Of a DNA stretch of 64,000 nucleotides, positions 49,421 through 58,422 are shown piece after piece. Each line of letters begins with the position of its first letter. Position 1 is the first letter of the stretch. The DNA comes from an uncultured candidate division Zixibacteria bacterium (GTDB lineage Bacteria > Zixibacteria > MSB-5A5 > GN15 > FEB-12). The notes under the pieces were generated by a model. That model saw nothing but the letters and a program-made list of their open reading frames with translations. It was not told the origin of the DNA and ran no database searches. The position numbers and the translations under genes are program-made. Location of the stretch: the NCBI GenBank assembly GCA_963707365.1, contig CAVPPI010000009.1, positions 129,778 through 193,777 of the forward strand, given 5' to 3'.

Positions 49421-51769
49421 GTGAAAAAGGAGCATCGGTTGAAACTGGTTGCACGTTTCATCGTTATCGCCTGCCTATTGCTGATACTGTATCCTCACGG
49501 TCGTTTGTTGGCTGCCGACGGCGCCGGGCTGCAGACCGCTCTCAACGAAATGTTCAAAGGTGAACTGGATACCCTGACGACCTGTCACATCAGCGACTTT
49601 GAACTCAAGCACAAGGACCTCGAGATAGTCTTCCAACCCGGCCGGATCGCTTTTTTCAAGCCGGTTACAATCGATGGCTCCGATGTATACTATGCGGCCT
49701 ACTACGATGGTGCCGGGCAGTTCAGGTTTGCGCCCCCTGTCAGAATGGAACAGGAACAACTGAATCGTTTCTTTGCCTCTGATTCGCTCAACCGCTCTTT
49801 TAACAAAATACTGCTTCTGTTTTCATCGCCGATTTACGAGATGATTGTGGCGGCCTGTACGTCCGGCGAGGCATCACTTCATGACAACCATGCCCGTGAT
49901 GCGCGCAAATTGTTCGAGGAGATTACGAAAGACGAAAACCGGGAGTACCTCTACGAAACGCTGAGAGCTATTGTGCAGCCGGGGCAATTACCATATCTGA
50001 TGGTTCATCTGGAGCCGGACAAAAGCGATCCGGTGATTTACGTTTTCGATCCGAACGAGCGGGAGGAAGTAAGGTTTCTCAAGAAGTATGTTCAGTTGGG
50101 CTTCTCATTTATGGAGACTGTCTGCGGCTACTCACAGTACATTGATCCGGGGTATATCAACATAAACGGCCTCGATAAACATCGTATCCGCCCCGACCGC
50201 TATAATATCGATGCCTCGATCAGCCACAACGCAAAGTTTGAGGCCGCCACCGAGATGATATTCGAGGTCAAATTGGGTCCCACTCAGGTGCTAAGGATGT
50301 TGCTGCACCCGGAACTTGTCGTAGACAGTATAACCGACTCGACAGATCAAAAGATTGCTTTTGTGCGCTACGAGAAGGACAAATACAAATCGTATCCGCT
50401 ATATATGATGTTTGACCGTCCCCTGTTTGCAGGAGAGACAGTCAGGTTGAAGTTCCACTATCATGGCGACATAATCGAAAAGGAGATGGGTCAATTCTTC
50501 GTAAGGACCGGTGCGGACTGGTATCCCCGCTACGGGTTCAGGCGGAAGACGTTGTTCACTCTGAATTTCAAAACCCACAAGCAGTATGCTTTCGTAGCCA
50601 CCGGTAACCTCGTGAGGGAGGAGATTGTAGAGGACACTCTCTTTACTACCTGGAAAGTGGTGCCGCCGGCGGCCAATGTCGGATTCAATATCGGTCCTAT
50701 GGAGAAATATACGTTTGAGGGTGAAAAGGTGCCGCCTGTCGATGTCTACTTCTCTAAGGATTTCCACCGCGCCTTGGCTCTGGAGTTGGCTCAGGGGACT
50801 ACCCCGACCGGAAGAAACATGCAAAATCAGGTCGGCGAGGATGTTGTGGAAGCGCTGAAGCTGTTCACACACTATTTCGGTCCTTGTCCATATAATAAAA
50901 TAACGGTGGGTGAAGTCATGCAGCTTGGCCATGAGGCTTTTCCGGGTTTTCTTCATCTGGGAGTCGACACATGGATCAGCACTGACTATGAAGGGTACGA
51001 GCGCGCGAATCGTGCCCACGAAGTGGCGCACCAATGGTGGGGTGTGGGAGTTGGCTGGGCTACCTATCACGATCAGTGGCTGAGCGAGGGGTTCGCCGAA
51101 TACAGCTCCCTGATGTATCTTCAAGCCGTCCTCGGCAACGACAAGTTCTTAGAGCATCTCAAAGATTACCGCACCGATGTCTTCTCGGCCCGGCAGTATC
51201 TGCTCGGTTCGGGTGAGGAGTCGGGGCCGATAGCATTGGGGTATAGAACGGCGAGCACCGAAACCAGAGGCGACTTCGGACTTATTATTTATAAAAAAGC
51301 CGCCCTGGTGCTGCACATGCTCCGTAACATGCTTATCGATTTCCAGACGATGAATGAAGACTTGTTCATGAATATGATGAAAGAGTATTACGGATTATAC
51401 CGCGGCCGTGATGTAACCACTGCCGATTTCAGACGGCTGACCGAGAAATATACCGGTGGTGACATGGGATGGTTCTTCGATCAATGGATCTATTCCAGCG
51501 ATTTGCCAACCTACAAGTTCTCCTACAACATCGAGAAGGATTCTTCGGGCACTTTTACTGCCTACTGTCATGTGGTAACGACCGGCGTGCCCGAGGACTT
51601 CATGATGTATGTTCCTCTGGAAATTGAGATGGACGACAAGACCAAAGCGTATATCCGTATTTTCATCGATCGACCCGATTTCGATTTCACCCTGCCCGGT
51701 TTGAAAAGCAAGCCCCGGAAACTGCGATTGAACCCGTTCGAATCCGTCCTTGCCCGGGTCGAGCAGTAG
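49421..51769 (+). CDS. M1 family aminopeptidase, exported
   Basis: AHEVAHQWWG..WLSEGFAEY, IYKKAALVLHMLR. Confidence 0.92.
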   Translation: MKKEHRLKLVARFIVIACLLLILYPHGRLLAADGAGLQTALNEMFKGELDTLTTCHISDFELKHKDLEIVFQPGRIAFFKPVTIDGSDVYYAAYYDGAGQFRFAPPVRMEQEQLNRFFASDSLNRSFNKILLLFSSPIYEMIVAACTSGEASLHDNHARDARKLFEEITKDENREYLYETLRAIVQPGQLPYLMVHLEPDKSDPVIYVFDPNEREEVRFLKKYVQLGFSFMETVCGYSQYIDPGYININGLDKHRIRPDRYNIDASISHNAKFEAATEMIFEVKLGPTQVLRMLLHPELVVDSITDSTDQKIAFVRYEKDKYKSYPLYMMFDRPLFAGETVRLKFHYHGDIIEKEMGQFFVRTGADWYPRYGFRRKTLFTLNFKTHKQYAFVATGNLVREEIVEDTLFTTWKVVPPAANVGFNIGPMEKYTFEGEKVPPVDVYFSKDFHRALALELAQGTTPTGRNMQNQVGEDVVEALKLFTHYFGPCPYNKITVGEVMQLGHEAFPGFLHLGVDTWISTDYEGYERANRAHEVAHQWWGVGVGWATYHDQWLSEGFAEYSSLMYLQAVLGNDKFLEHLKDYRTDVFSARQYLLGSGEESGPIALGYRTASTETRGDFGLIIYKKAALVLHMLRNMLIDFQTMNEDLFMNMMKEYYGLYRGRDVTTADFRRLTEKYTGGDMGWFFDQWIYSSDLPTYKFSYNIEKDSSGTFTAYCHVVTTGVPEDFMMYVPLEIEMDDKTKAYIRIFIDRPDFDFTLPGLKSKPRKLRLNPFESVLARVEQ

Positions 51770-51774
51770 GTTCT

Positions 51775-52464
51775 TTGGAAAGTTCGATAAGAGTAGAATT
51801 GCCGGAAGAATTCGCTACGCTCCGCGACCGTGAGGGACTGTTGGAACTCTGCCAGTATCTTAAGCAGGCCAATTCTCCAGCAGTCGGCACTCTCGAACAA
51901 ATCCACTCGCAATGGACTATTCTGTCTGAAGAACTCCGCCATGATCAGGCTTATTGCCTCTTTGTGGAGACTTCCGGCGAGAGCGACCATGGCCGACTTC
52001 GCGCCCTGCGGGCAAGTGTAGAGTTATTCGGGAAATCGGCTACGACCGATGAGATCACGTTTGAGAACCAGATAAAGGCCCCCGATGATCCCTTTGTGGG
52101 AAGCTCTTATAACGCTCTTTCATCTCTCCGGGAGTATTTTCAAACCCATGGCTACAAAGACAAGGCGGGCAGATACTACCACGGACATTTCAATTTAGCT
52201 GACAGCAGCCAGACATTCACGGGCGACTCGATCGGTCTTGGAGTGGCGGCGGTAACATTTGCGGGACTTATGAAGACCGAGGTAATGCGTCATGAGCGCC
52301 TCATATCGCAGGAGGTTGCATTTACAGGTGGGGTTGACGAGACCGGTAATATTACGTCGGTTAACGAAGACACGCTCCGTGAGAAGATATCGCGCGCCTT
52401 CTTTTCGCATATCAAATTCCTGGTGCTGCCCGACGGGACAACATCCGTACCGCGGAGAGAATAG
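51775..52464 (+). CDS. Lon (S16) protease C-terminal-like domain; probably the N-terminal part of a frameshifted fusion with 52509-53684
   Basis: TGDSIG (Ser), VAFTGGVD..G.I..V, EK (Lys), LVLP; the expected P..N continues in another frame at 52440. Confidence 0.7.
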   Translation: MESSIRVELPEEFATLRDREGLLELCQYLKQANSPAVGTLEQIHSQWTILSEELRHDQAYCLFVETSGESDHGRLRALRASVELFGKSATTDEITFENQIKAPDDPFVGSSYNALSSLREYFQTHGYKDKAGRYYHGHFNLADSSQTFTGDSIGLGVAAVTFAGLMKTEVMRHERLISQEVAFTGGVDETGNITSVNEDTLREKISRAFFSHIKFLVLPDGTTSVPRRE

Positions 52465-52508
52465 TTGGCGAGCTTGATCAGCGGAGTACCCGACGGCGGA
52501 CCCTTCAT

Positions 52509-53684
52509 GTGGTTGCGTATTCTCGGTTGGCCGATATTCTGGACGACAAGAACGTGGTTCGTTCCGAGAAGGTGTGTATTGGTCAGTATGTTGCCCGCAA
52601 GGCGGTGCGCTACAGCCGCGCGACTCATATCCAGGTGCCGATACTTCTGGCGCTGGCATACCTGTTGATCAGCCTTATCTATCCGAAAGCGTGGGTGGGG
52701 TTTGATGATAATCCGGCTTATGTGAAACCGACAAAAAATGGGTTCATAGCGGTGAATGTGAACTCGACGCCTCTGTGGTCTAAAACGTACGATGTGGATT
52801 CGCTGGCCTCCGCCCGGACTTACACCATTGGCGATCTCGATTCTGATGGCAAGAATGAAGTGGCTTTCGTCCCCAAACCCGGGCTTTCATCTAACATGGA
52901 AGCCGTTTTGTACTTGTACGATCACGACGGCAAAGAGTTGTTCGCGAGACCTTGCACAATCGAGGCTGAGTACCCCGGCGATTCTACTGCTGATTTGAAT
53001 TACTATCCATCGACCGTGGAGTTTGTTCAGACCGACAAAGGCGTACGGATAGTATGTTGTGTGTGCCGAGAATATCCTGCCCGAACTCACATCACGGTGT
53101 GGAACTCGGATGGCGAGAGTCTGGGATGGTACATCAACTCCGGATTTGCCCACCAACGGGGAGTGCTTGAGTCCGGCGCCGCTGGCGGGCAAAAACTGCT
53201 GGTTTTTACCTGCACCAACAATCGCGTTGGCAGTTCCGGCCTTTTTGGCTTATACGTTGATTCAAGTTACGGCGTGTCCCCGCCATTCTCTGATACGATT
53301 TACGCTCTTGACGGCGTGACGCGAGGGAACCAGTACTCTTATGTTATGCTGCCGCGTTCGGATGTAAGTATTGCCCTGCGAGCCAGATATAACACAATAT
53401 ACAGGATAGTCTTTGAGGCCAGCGGCCGTTTCATGGTGGATCTGAGTCCACTAACCGATACGTTGAATTACGCCACATACTTCTTCGATGATCGCATGAG
53501 AGTGGGCGGCGTCAAGTTATCAGACGGATTTCATACTCAAAGAGACCAGCTTGTCGATCGGGGGCTGCTTTCCGAAATCAACTCAGGCGACTACACAGAA
53601 GAACTTCTTCGCGCCGTAACCTATTGGACTGACTCTGGCTGGGTGACCGAGGGCCAGCTCCGGGCCGCCGAAAAACCCCACTGA
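52509..53684 (+). CDS. Single-TM protein with periplasmic FG-GAP/propeller-like domain (frame open from 52440)
   Basis: Basic stretch, then TM IQVPILLALAYLLISLIY; GDLDSDGKNEV Ca-loop. Confidence 0.7.
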   Translation: MVAYSRLADILDDKNVVRSEKVCIGQYVARKAVRYSRATHIQVPILLALAYLLISLIYPKAWVGFDDNPAYVKPTKNGFIAVNVNSTPLWSKTYDVDSLASARTYTIGDLDSDGKNEVAFVPKPGLSSNMEAVLYLYDHDGKELFARPCTIEAEYPGDSTADLNYYPSTVEFVQTDKGVRIVCCVCREYPARTHITVWNSDGESLGWYINSGFAHQRGVLESGAAGGQKLLVFTCTNNRVGSSGLFGLYVDSSYGVSPPFSDTIYALDGVTRGNQYSYVMLPRSDVSIALRARYNTIYRIVFEASGRFMVDLSPLTDTLNYATYFFDDRMRVGGVKLSDGFHTQRDQLVDRGLLSEINSGDYTEELLRAVTYWTDSGWVTEGQLRAAEKPH

Positions 53685-53828
53685 TTTTTCTACAAATCTT
53701 CTCTTTAGCTGCTATTACATCTGCAGAAGCAGCCCACCAATGCGGTTCGCAGTCAACTCAACGAACGAGTGCCGAATGCGGATCATGGCAGCAGATGGGC
53801 ACTTATACCAAAAAATAGGGAGGCCTAA

Positions 53829-55811
53829 ATGTTACGGACCAAGTCCATAGCTATTGTCACAATTGTGGCCGCGCTCGCGATCTCACTGTTAGTGTCCAGC
53901 TGTTCGAATGAAAACCCCGCAGAGTCGTCTGAGCAAGAAACGATAATATCGGGGAACGTAACGGCTCTGGGCGAAAGTAGCGCCGTAGAGTTGGATAGTA
54001 CTGACGGCGTGAACTACTACTTTTCCGTAGGCGGAGACGTGCCCCACCTTAATCCCGGAGACATCATTGTGGGCACCGACAATTCCGGTTTCTTGAGGAG
54101 AGTATCCGCCGTCTCGCAGGAGGGTAGTCTGCTTAGCATCACTACAGGGGATGCTGTTCTAACGGACGCTTTCGTAAAGTGTAGTCTGCAGGCCACAGTA
54201 CCACTGACGCTCGATGACGCGATGAATAAAGCAGTTACCGAACCAGCTAAGGGCGGATATAAAATGGAAGGTGTCTCGATCACAGAAGAAGGTATCGATT
54301 TGAGCGGCGTAACTCTTTTTTCTGACGAGAACAACACCGTAAGAATATCTGGCGGTTATGTGAACTTCGAACCTGTCTTGGATCTTGGCTTTGAAATAGA
54401 GGACCGGGTCTTGAAGGAGTTCCACGCCATCGGGTCTGGTGAGCTAAACAGCTCGCTTGACATTATAGCTAGTTGCGGTTCGATTGGCCTTTCAGGGGAT
54501 ACGATTCTTGCTGAAATACCGGTGGGCAAGACGGTAGTGTGGGTAGAGTATGTGCCGGTAGTGATAACGTCCACGCTCCGGTTTAGGGCTGGTTATGCCG
54601 TAGAAGCTTCGGTACTCGCTCTGCAGGCTGGATATGAGGGCTCTATCAGCGTCGCTTGTGGTGCGAGCTATGAAAACTCTGAATGGACCACTGTTTGGGA
54701 AAAGACGCTAAACTGTGCTGCGCACGATTGTGATTGGATTGAATCACCTAATACACAGGTCAAAGTGTACATTAGACCAGAAATTGATGTGGAGATATAT
54801 GCTGTCGCTGGGCCAAATCTAGGAGTTGAAGGTTACCTTGAGTATTGTGGTGAGGTCGATGGCCAGCAATGGTCATGGACTCTGAGTGGTGGAATAGCTG
54901 GCTACCTTGGTATTCGAGTGCACATCTTGTCTTGGGATTTGGTGGACCGCAGCTGGGAGCTAGTCAAATGGGAAACGACGCTTGCGGCAGATACTGGTGA
55001 AGTAAGTGGGCCGCTTATTATAAGTGAGCAAGACTTTACCGGAGATGGTACCCTTGACATCAGAGCGGACAACGGCGTGATGTGGATACAGATCAATAGA
55101 GATCAGGTACAGCAGGCCGGGCGGTTTATTGACGCAGGCGGGATGAGTGGAAAGGAGAGCTTCTTGCGTAACTTCATACAGGCGGGTGGCTTGGTCGACG
55201 GAGTGGCATATTGGTCAACGCGCAATTTTGATGTAGATGTGCTCGAGAACAGCGCGCAAACGGGCACCTACAGGGTGACTGCGATCGATACCGCCAATGG
55301 AAAGGAAGTTACAAAAGTATTTACGGTAACACTCAACGCAGGTGAGGAAAGCGCATCGATTGGTTATGATTTCACTAACACGGGAGATGCAAGTTGGTCT
55401 TATGACCACCCGCTTTCTCACATTCACGATGGGGCGGCGCTTGCCAACGTGACTTCGTCTGAGACGCTTGATATTGACGCCTATATAAACGGTGTAGGAC
55501 TTATTGGACTTTCTTCAACTGGTTTGTGGCGCAGCTACACGCCCGATAACGAAGCACCCTTTGCCGTTCTTTTCGAACCGTCATCTAGCGAAGCCGTCAC
55601 TTACGGTTTTGATGGGCTTTCCGAACATCCCATGAACCAGATAGTCTCTTACTATACGGGTTTGACCTCCGAAATTACACCGACATTGGATTTTCAAGCC
55701 GCCGAATTTACACTATCCCCAGGTGCTTCCACCCAATGGCGGGCACTCATAGCCTTCCATACTGGTGGTGATACCAAGGGTATCGAAATATATAATAATG
55801 CGACTTGGTGA
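53829..55811 (+). CDS. Large beta-rich hypothetical lipoprotein
   Basis: 660 aa; GGGAGG RBS; LLVSSC lipobox. Confidence 0.75.
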   Translation: MLRTKSIAIVTIVAALAISLLVSSCSNENPAESSEQETIISGNVTALGESSAVELDSTDGVNYYFSVGGDVPHLNPGDIIVGTDNSGFLRRVSAVSQEGSLLSITTGDAVLTDAFVKCSLQATVPLTLDDAMNKAVTEPAKGGYKMEGVSITEEGIDLSGVTLFSDENNTVRISGGYVNFEPVLDLGFEIEDRVLKEFHAIGSGELNSSLDIIASCGSIGLSGDTILAEIPVGKTVVWVEYVPVVITSTLRFRAGYAVEASVLALQAGYEGSISVACGASYENSEWTTVWEKTLNCAAHDCDWIESPNTQVKVYIRPEIDVEIYAVAGPNLGVEGYLEYCGEVDGQQWSWTLSGGIAGYLGIRVHILSWDLVDRSWELVKWETTLAADTGEVSGPLIISEQDFTGDGTLDIRADNGVMWIQINRDQVQQAGRFIDAGGMSGKESFLRNFIQAGGLVDGVAYWSTRNFDVDVLENSAQTGTYRVTAIDTANGKEVTKVFTVTLNAGEESASIGYDFTNTGDASWSYDHPLSHIHDGAALANVTSSETLDIDAYINGVGLIGLSSTGLWRSYTPDNEAPFAVLFEPSSSEAVTYGFDGLSEHPMNQIVSYYTGLTSEITPTLDFQAAEFTLSPGASTQWRALIAFHTGGDTKGIEIYNNATW

Positions 55812-55941
55812 TACTTGTTCATAGCGGATTTGTGTCAACAATAACTCTATGCGTGTCTGATAACGGGGGGAATGATGCTCCGGTGGTGCCCGTAAAGGGT
55901 CCCCGGAGCGTCTTCGCTTTATCCCCCACGGCAGAAATTTC

Positions 55942-55970
55942 TTGACACAAAAGAGGAATGTGAGTATTCT
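55942..55970 (+). promoter_or_regulatory. Sigma70-type promoter with no downstream CDS
   Basis: TTGACA-17 nt-TATTCT. Confidence 0.65.
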
Positions 55971-55976
55971 TAAATA

Positions 55977-56242
55977 GATCCCCGTCTGTCCCTATCAAAA
56001 CTGAGAACCGGTTTCGCAGAACCTTAGGTACCCGCGGACAGACCTCCTCAGTCTTTCGCATCTACGGCGAAACTGGAAATCAGATTAAGACCGAACGGGA
56101 TGCCCTGCTTTATACTTCGGGTAAAGCTGTACTAACAGGCGTATGAAGGCTGGAGAGTACAGCAACACTTGGGTAGTACTGCTCAGTTAGCAGTATTGAA
56201 CCGCCAAAGCAAAAGCCCTCTTAACAGAGGGTTTTTGCTTTG
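55977..56242 (+). ncRNA. Putative structured ncRNA, ~265 nt, family not recognised
   Basis: Promoter and terminator bracket a region with no ORF of 60 aa or more and at least 8 stems; G-U pairs and a cUUCGg loop favour the + strand. Confidence 0.6.
56205..56242. terminator. Bidirectional terminator (putative ncRNA and Smr gene)
   Basis: caaagcaaaagccctc/gagggtttttgctttg. Confidence 0.85.
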
Positions 56243-56262
56243 TATCCGTATCGCATTTGATA

Positions 56263-56544
56263 TCAGTGCTTAAGGTCGACAATGGTCGCACCCCATCCGC
56301 CGCCGCTGCCACCCTCATGGTAAAACCGAACAACATCGGGATGATTAGTCAGGATAGAATGAACGATCTCGCGCTTGACGCCTTTCCCCTTGCCGTGGAC
56401 AATGCGAAGCTTAAATACGCCTCTCTCAAGACACGCCCGAATATACTCCAGAACCACCTCGCGGGTGTCTTTGGGGGCGAAGAGGTGTAAATCAAGGGTG
56501 CCGTCTATCGGGTATTCAACAGGATTGTCGTGGTTTTCGGTCAT
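56263..56544 (-). CDS. Stand-alone Smr/MutS2 domain protein
   Basis: LDLH, IVHGKGKG, GGWGATIV. Confidence 0.92.
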   Translation of the reverse strand: MTENHDNPVEYPIDGTLDLHLFAPKDTREVVLEYIRACLERGVFKLRIVHGKGKGVKREIVHSILTNHPDVVRFYHEGGSGGGWGATIVDLKH

Positions 56545-56571
56545 ATCACACTCTTTGTTGTTCGAACTTTA

Positions 56572-56762
56572 GTGTCAGGTCACACCCCGACTGCGTCGGG
56601 CCAAGCCCTGACACAACGGGAACGGAGACTGCGTCGGGCCAAGACCTGACACAACGGGATTGGCGCTGCTGCTTCCGTGTCAGGTCACACCCGGACTGCG
56701 TCGGGCCAAGACCTGACACAACGGGAACGGGGACTGCGTCGGGCCAAGACCTGACACAACGG
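56572..56762. repeat. Cluster of REP-like palindromic elements (105-bp period duplication)
   Basis: Full elements gtgtcagg...cctgacac at 56572 and 56677; 31-nt core gactgcgtcgggccaag(a/c)cctgacacaacgg at 56589, 56627, 56694, 56732. Confidence 0.85.
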
Positions 56763-56928
56763 TAGTGATTTCCGCTGTCTTCCGGAATTATAAATAGCGA
56801 CGCGGCCATTTCCAACCGGGTTTTTGGCCACACTGCCGGTTGGTCAGGGTTTGCCTTTCCTGTTGACGTAGCCAGGAACTAAGAGTTTATTAAGGGAAAT
56901 TCTCAAATCATATTAGCAAAGGACATCT

Positions 56929-58398
56929 ATGTCGACCACGCAATCTTCCGTTCCATCCCAGCCAGCCCCGTCCGAGGGACTCATGGGCCAACTGGCCAGT
57001 ATGAGTCGCCCATTCTGGATGGTCAATGTGATGGAAATGCTTGAGCGTTTGGCCTACTACGGCGTACGAGTCGTTATACCTATTTACATTGCTCAGGCCG
57101 ATGAAATCGGCGGCCTCCACTTTTCCCAGACCGACAAAGGAATAATTTTTCTCTGGTGGGCGCTGTTTCAGTCGCTGACCCCGATGATCTCCGGTGGGTT
57201 TGCCGACCGCTACGGGTACAAGAAGACCATCGCCGCCTCGATCGTTATCAAAATGGCCGGCTATATTCTCATGGCTACCCAGCGGGAATTCTGGCCGTTC
57301 TTGATTGGTTGCTGCGTGCTGGCCCTGGGCACGGCTATATTCAAACCGGGCGTGCAAGGTACGATGTGCCAGGTGTTGACCAAGAAAAACTCCTCGGTTG
57401 GTTGGGGAACTTTCTACATGCTGGTCAATATCGGCGGGTTCTTAGGACCGCCGCTGGCGCATTATCTCTATGGCTATTCTTGGCCGGTCGTCTTTTATGG
57501 CTGCGCCGTAATAGTCTCGCTCAATTTCCTGATGTTGCTTACTTACAAAGACCCGCCGGCCGGCGGTGATCAAACAGGCAATCCGTTCGAAGTCCTGTGG
57601 ATTACGATAAAGAATATATTCAACCTGCGGCTCATCGTTTTCATTCTGATTATGTCGGGATTCTGGCTGATGTTCATGCAGCTTTTTGACATGCTGCCCA
57701 ATTTCATTGTCGATTGGGTCAACAGCTCGCAAGTAGTGCATGATCTGGGATTGCCCGAATGGATGCTTCAGCAGAATTCAAGCCGCCCGCCGCAGATTTC
57801 GCAGGAGTGGCTGATAAATGCCAACGCCGGGCTTATCGTAGTATTGGTTATTTTCGTTTCTTATCTGGTTTCCCGGATGAGGAGAGTGCACTCTATCACG
57901 CTCGGAATTACGGTATCTTCGGTAGGTCTCATCGCGGCCGGCTTCACCACCTCGGGTTACTTTTGTCTTCTGGGTATTCTGTTGTTTTCCGTGGGTGAGA
58001 TGTTGTCATCGCCTAAAATGAATGAATATCTCGGTGTCATTGCCCCTGAGGGTAAGAAGGGGCTATACATGGGGTATGCCAATATCCCACAGGGAATAGG
58101 CTGGGGTGTAGGTTCGGTCTTTGCCGGGCATGTATATGACAACATGGGCGACAAAGCAAATCTTGCCCTTGATTACCTCGCAAAGAATTACAACATAACC
58201 GATGTCTCCCGCACGGACGCCATGCAAAGGTTGGTCGATGTATCGAACATGACCCACCAGCAGGCCACCGAGGTGCTCTGGACGGCATACGACCCGTATA
58301 AGCTGTGGTATCAGTTTGCAGCAATCGGTATTGTCTCTGCGATTGCGATGGTGTTCTATTCTCGCTGGGTGAAAAAGCACGAGGCTCCGGACGTATAG
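56929..58398 (+). CDS. MFS transporter (POT/peptide-like)
   Basis: EMLERLAYYG (ExxER), GGFADRYG, FYMLVNIGG, GEM..SP. Confidence 0.9.
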   Translation: MSTTQSSVPSQPAPSEGLMGQLASMSRPFWMVNVMEMLERLAYYGVRVVIPIYIAQADEIGGLHFSQTDKGIIFLWWALFQSLTPMISGGFADRYGYKKTIAASIVIKMAGYILMATQREFWPFLIGCCVLALGTAIFKPGVQGTMCQVLTKKNSSVGWGTFYMLVNIGGFLGPPLAHYLYGYSWPVVFYGCAVIVSLNFLMLLTYKDPPAGGDQTGNPFEVLWITIKNIFNLRLIVFILIMSGFWLMFMQLFDMLPNFIVDWVNSSQVVHDLGLPEWMLQQNSSRPPQISQEWLINANAGLIVVLVIFVSYLVSRMRRVHSITLGITVSSVGLIAAGFTTSGYFCLLGILLFSVGEMLSSPKMNEYLGVIAPEGKKGLYMGYANIPQGIGWGVGSVFAGHVYDNMGDKANLALDYLAKNYNITDVSRTDAMQRLVDVSNMTHQQATEVLWTAYDPYKLWYQFAAIGIVSAIAMVFYSRWVKKHEAPDV

Positions 58399-58422
58399 CC
58401 GGACTTAGAGGATTATTGCCAC

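Noticed and set aside
55999-56163. Hammerhead (minus-strand CTGAGGA...GAAAC), twister-like (TAA-CAG...CTG-GAG) or HDV ribozyme inside the putative ncRNA
   Set aside because: Required stems are missing or too short for any of the three folds
56100-56190. Small peptides MPCFILRVKLY and MKAGEYSNTWVVLLS
   Set aside because: No convincing RBS and no toxin-like hydrophobic helix; not excluded without ribosome profiling
56572-56762. CRISPR array (31-nt repeat, four copies)
   Set aside because: Intervening sequences are 7, 36 and 7 nt and are themselves repeated or part of the palindrome; no cas genes in the window
56546-56833. 95-aa ORF with internal repeats
   Set aside because: It is just the translation of the DNA repeat; no RBS or protein features
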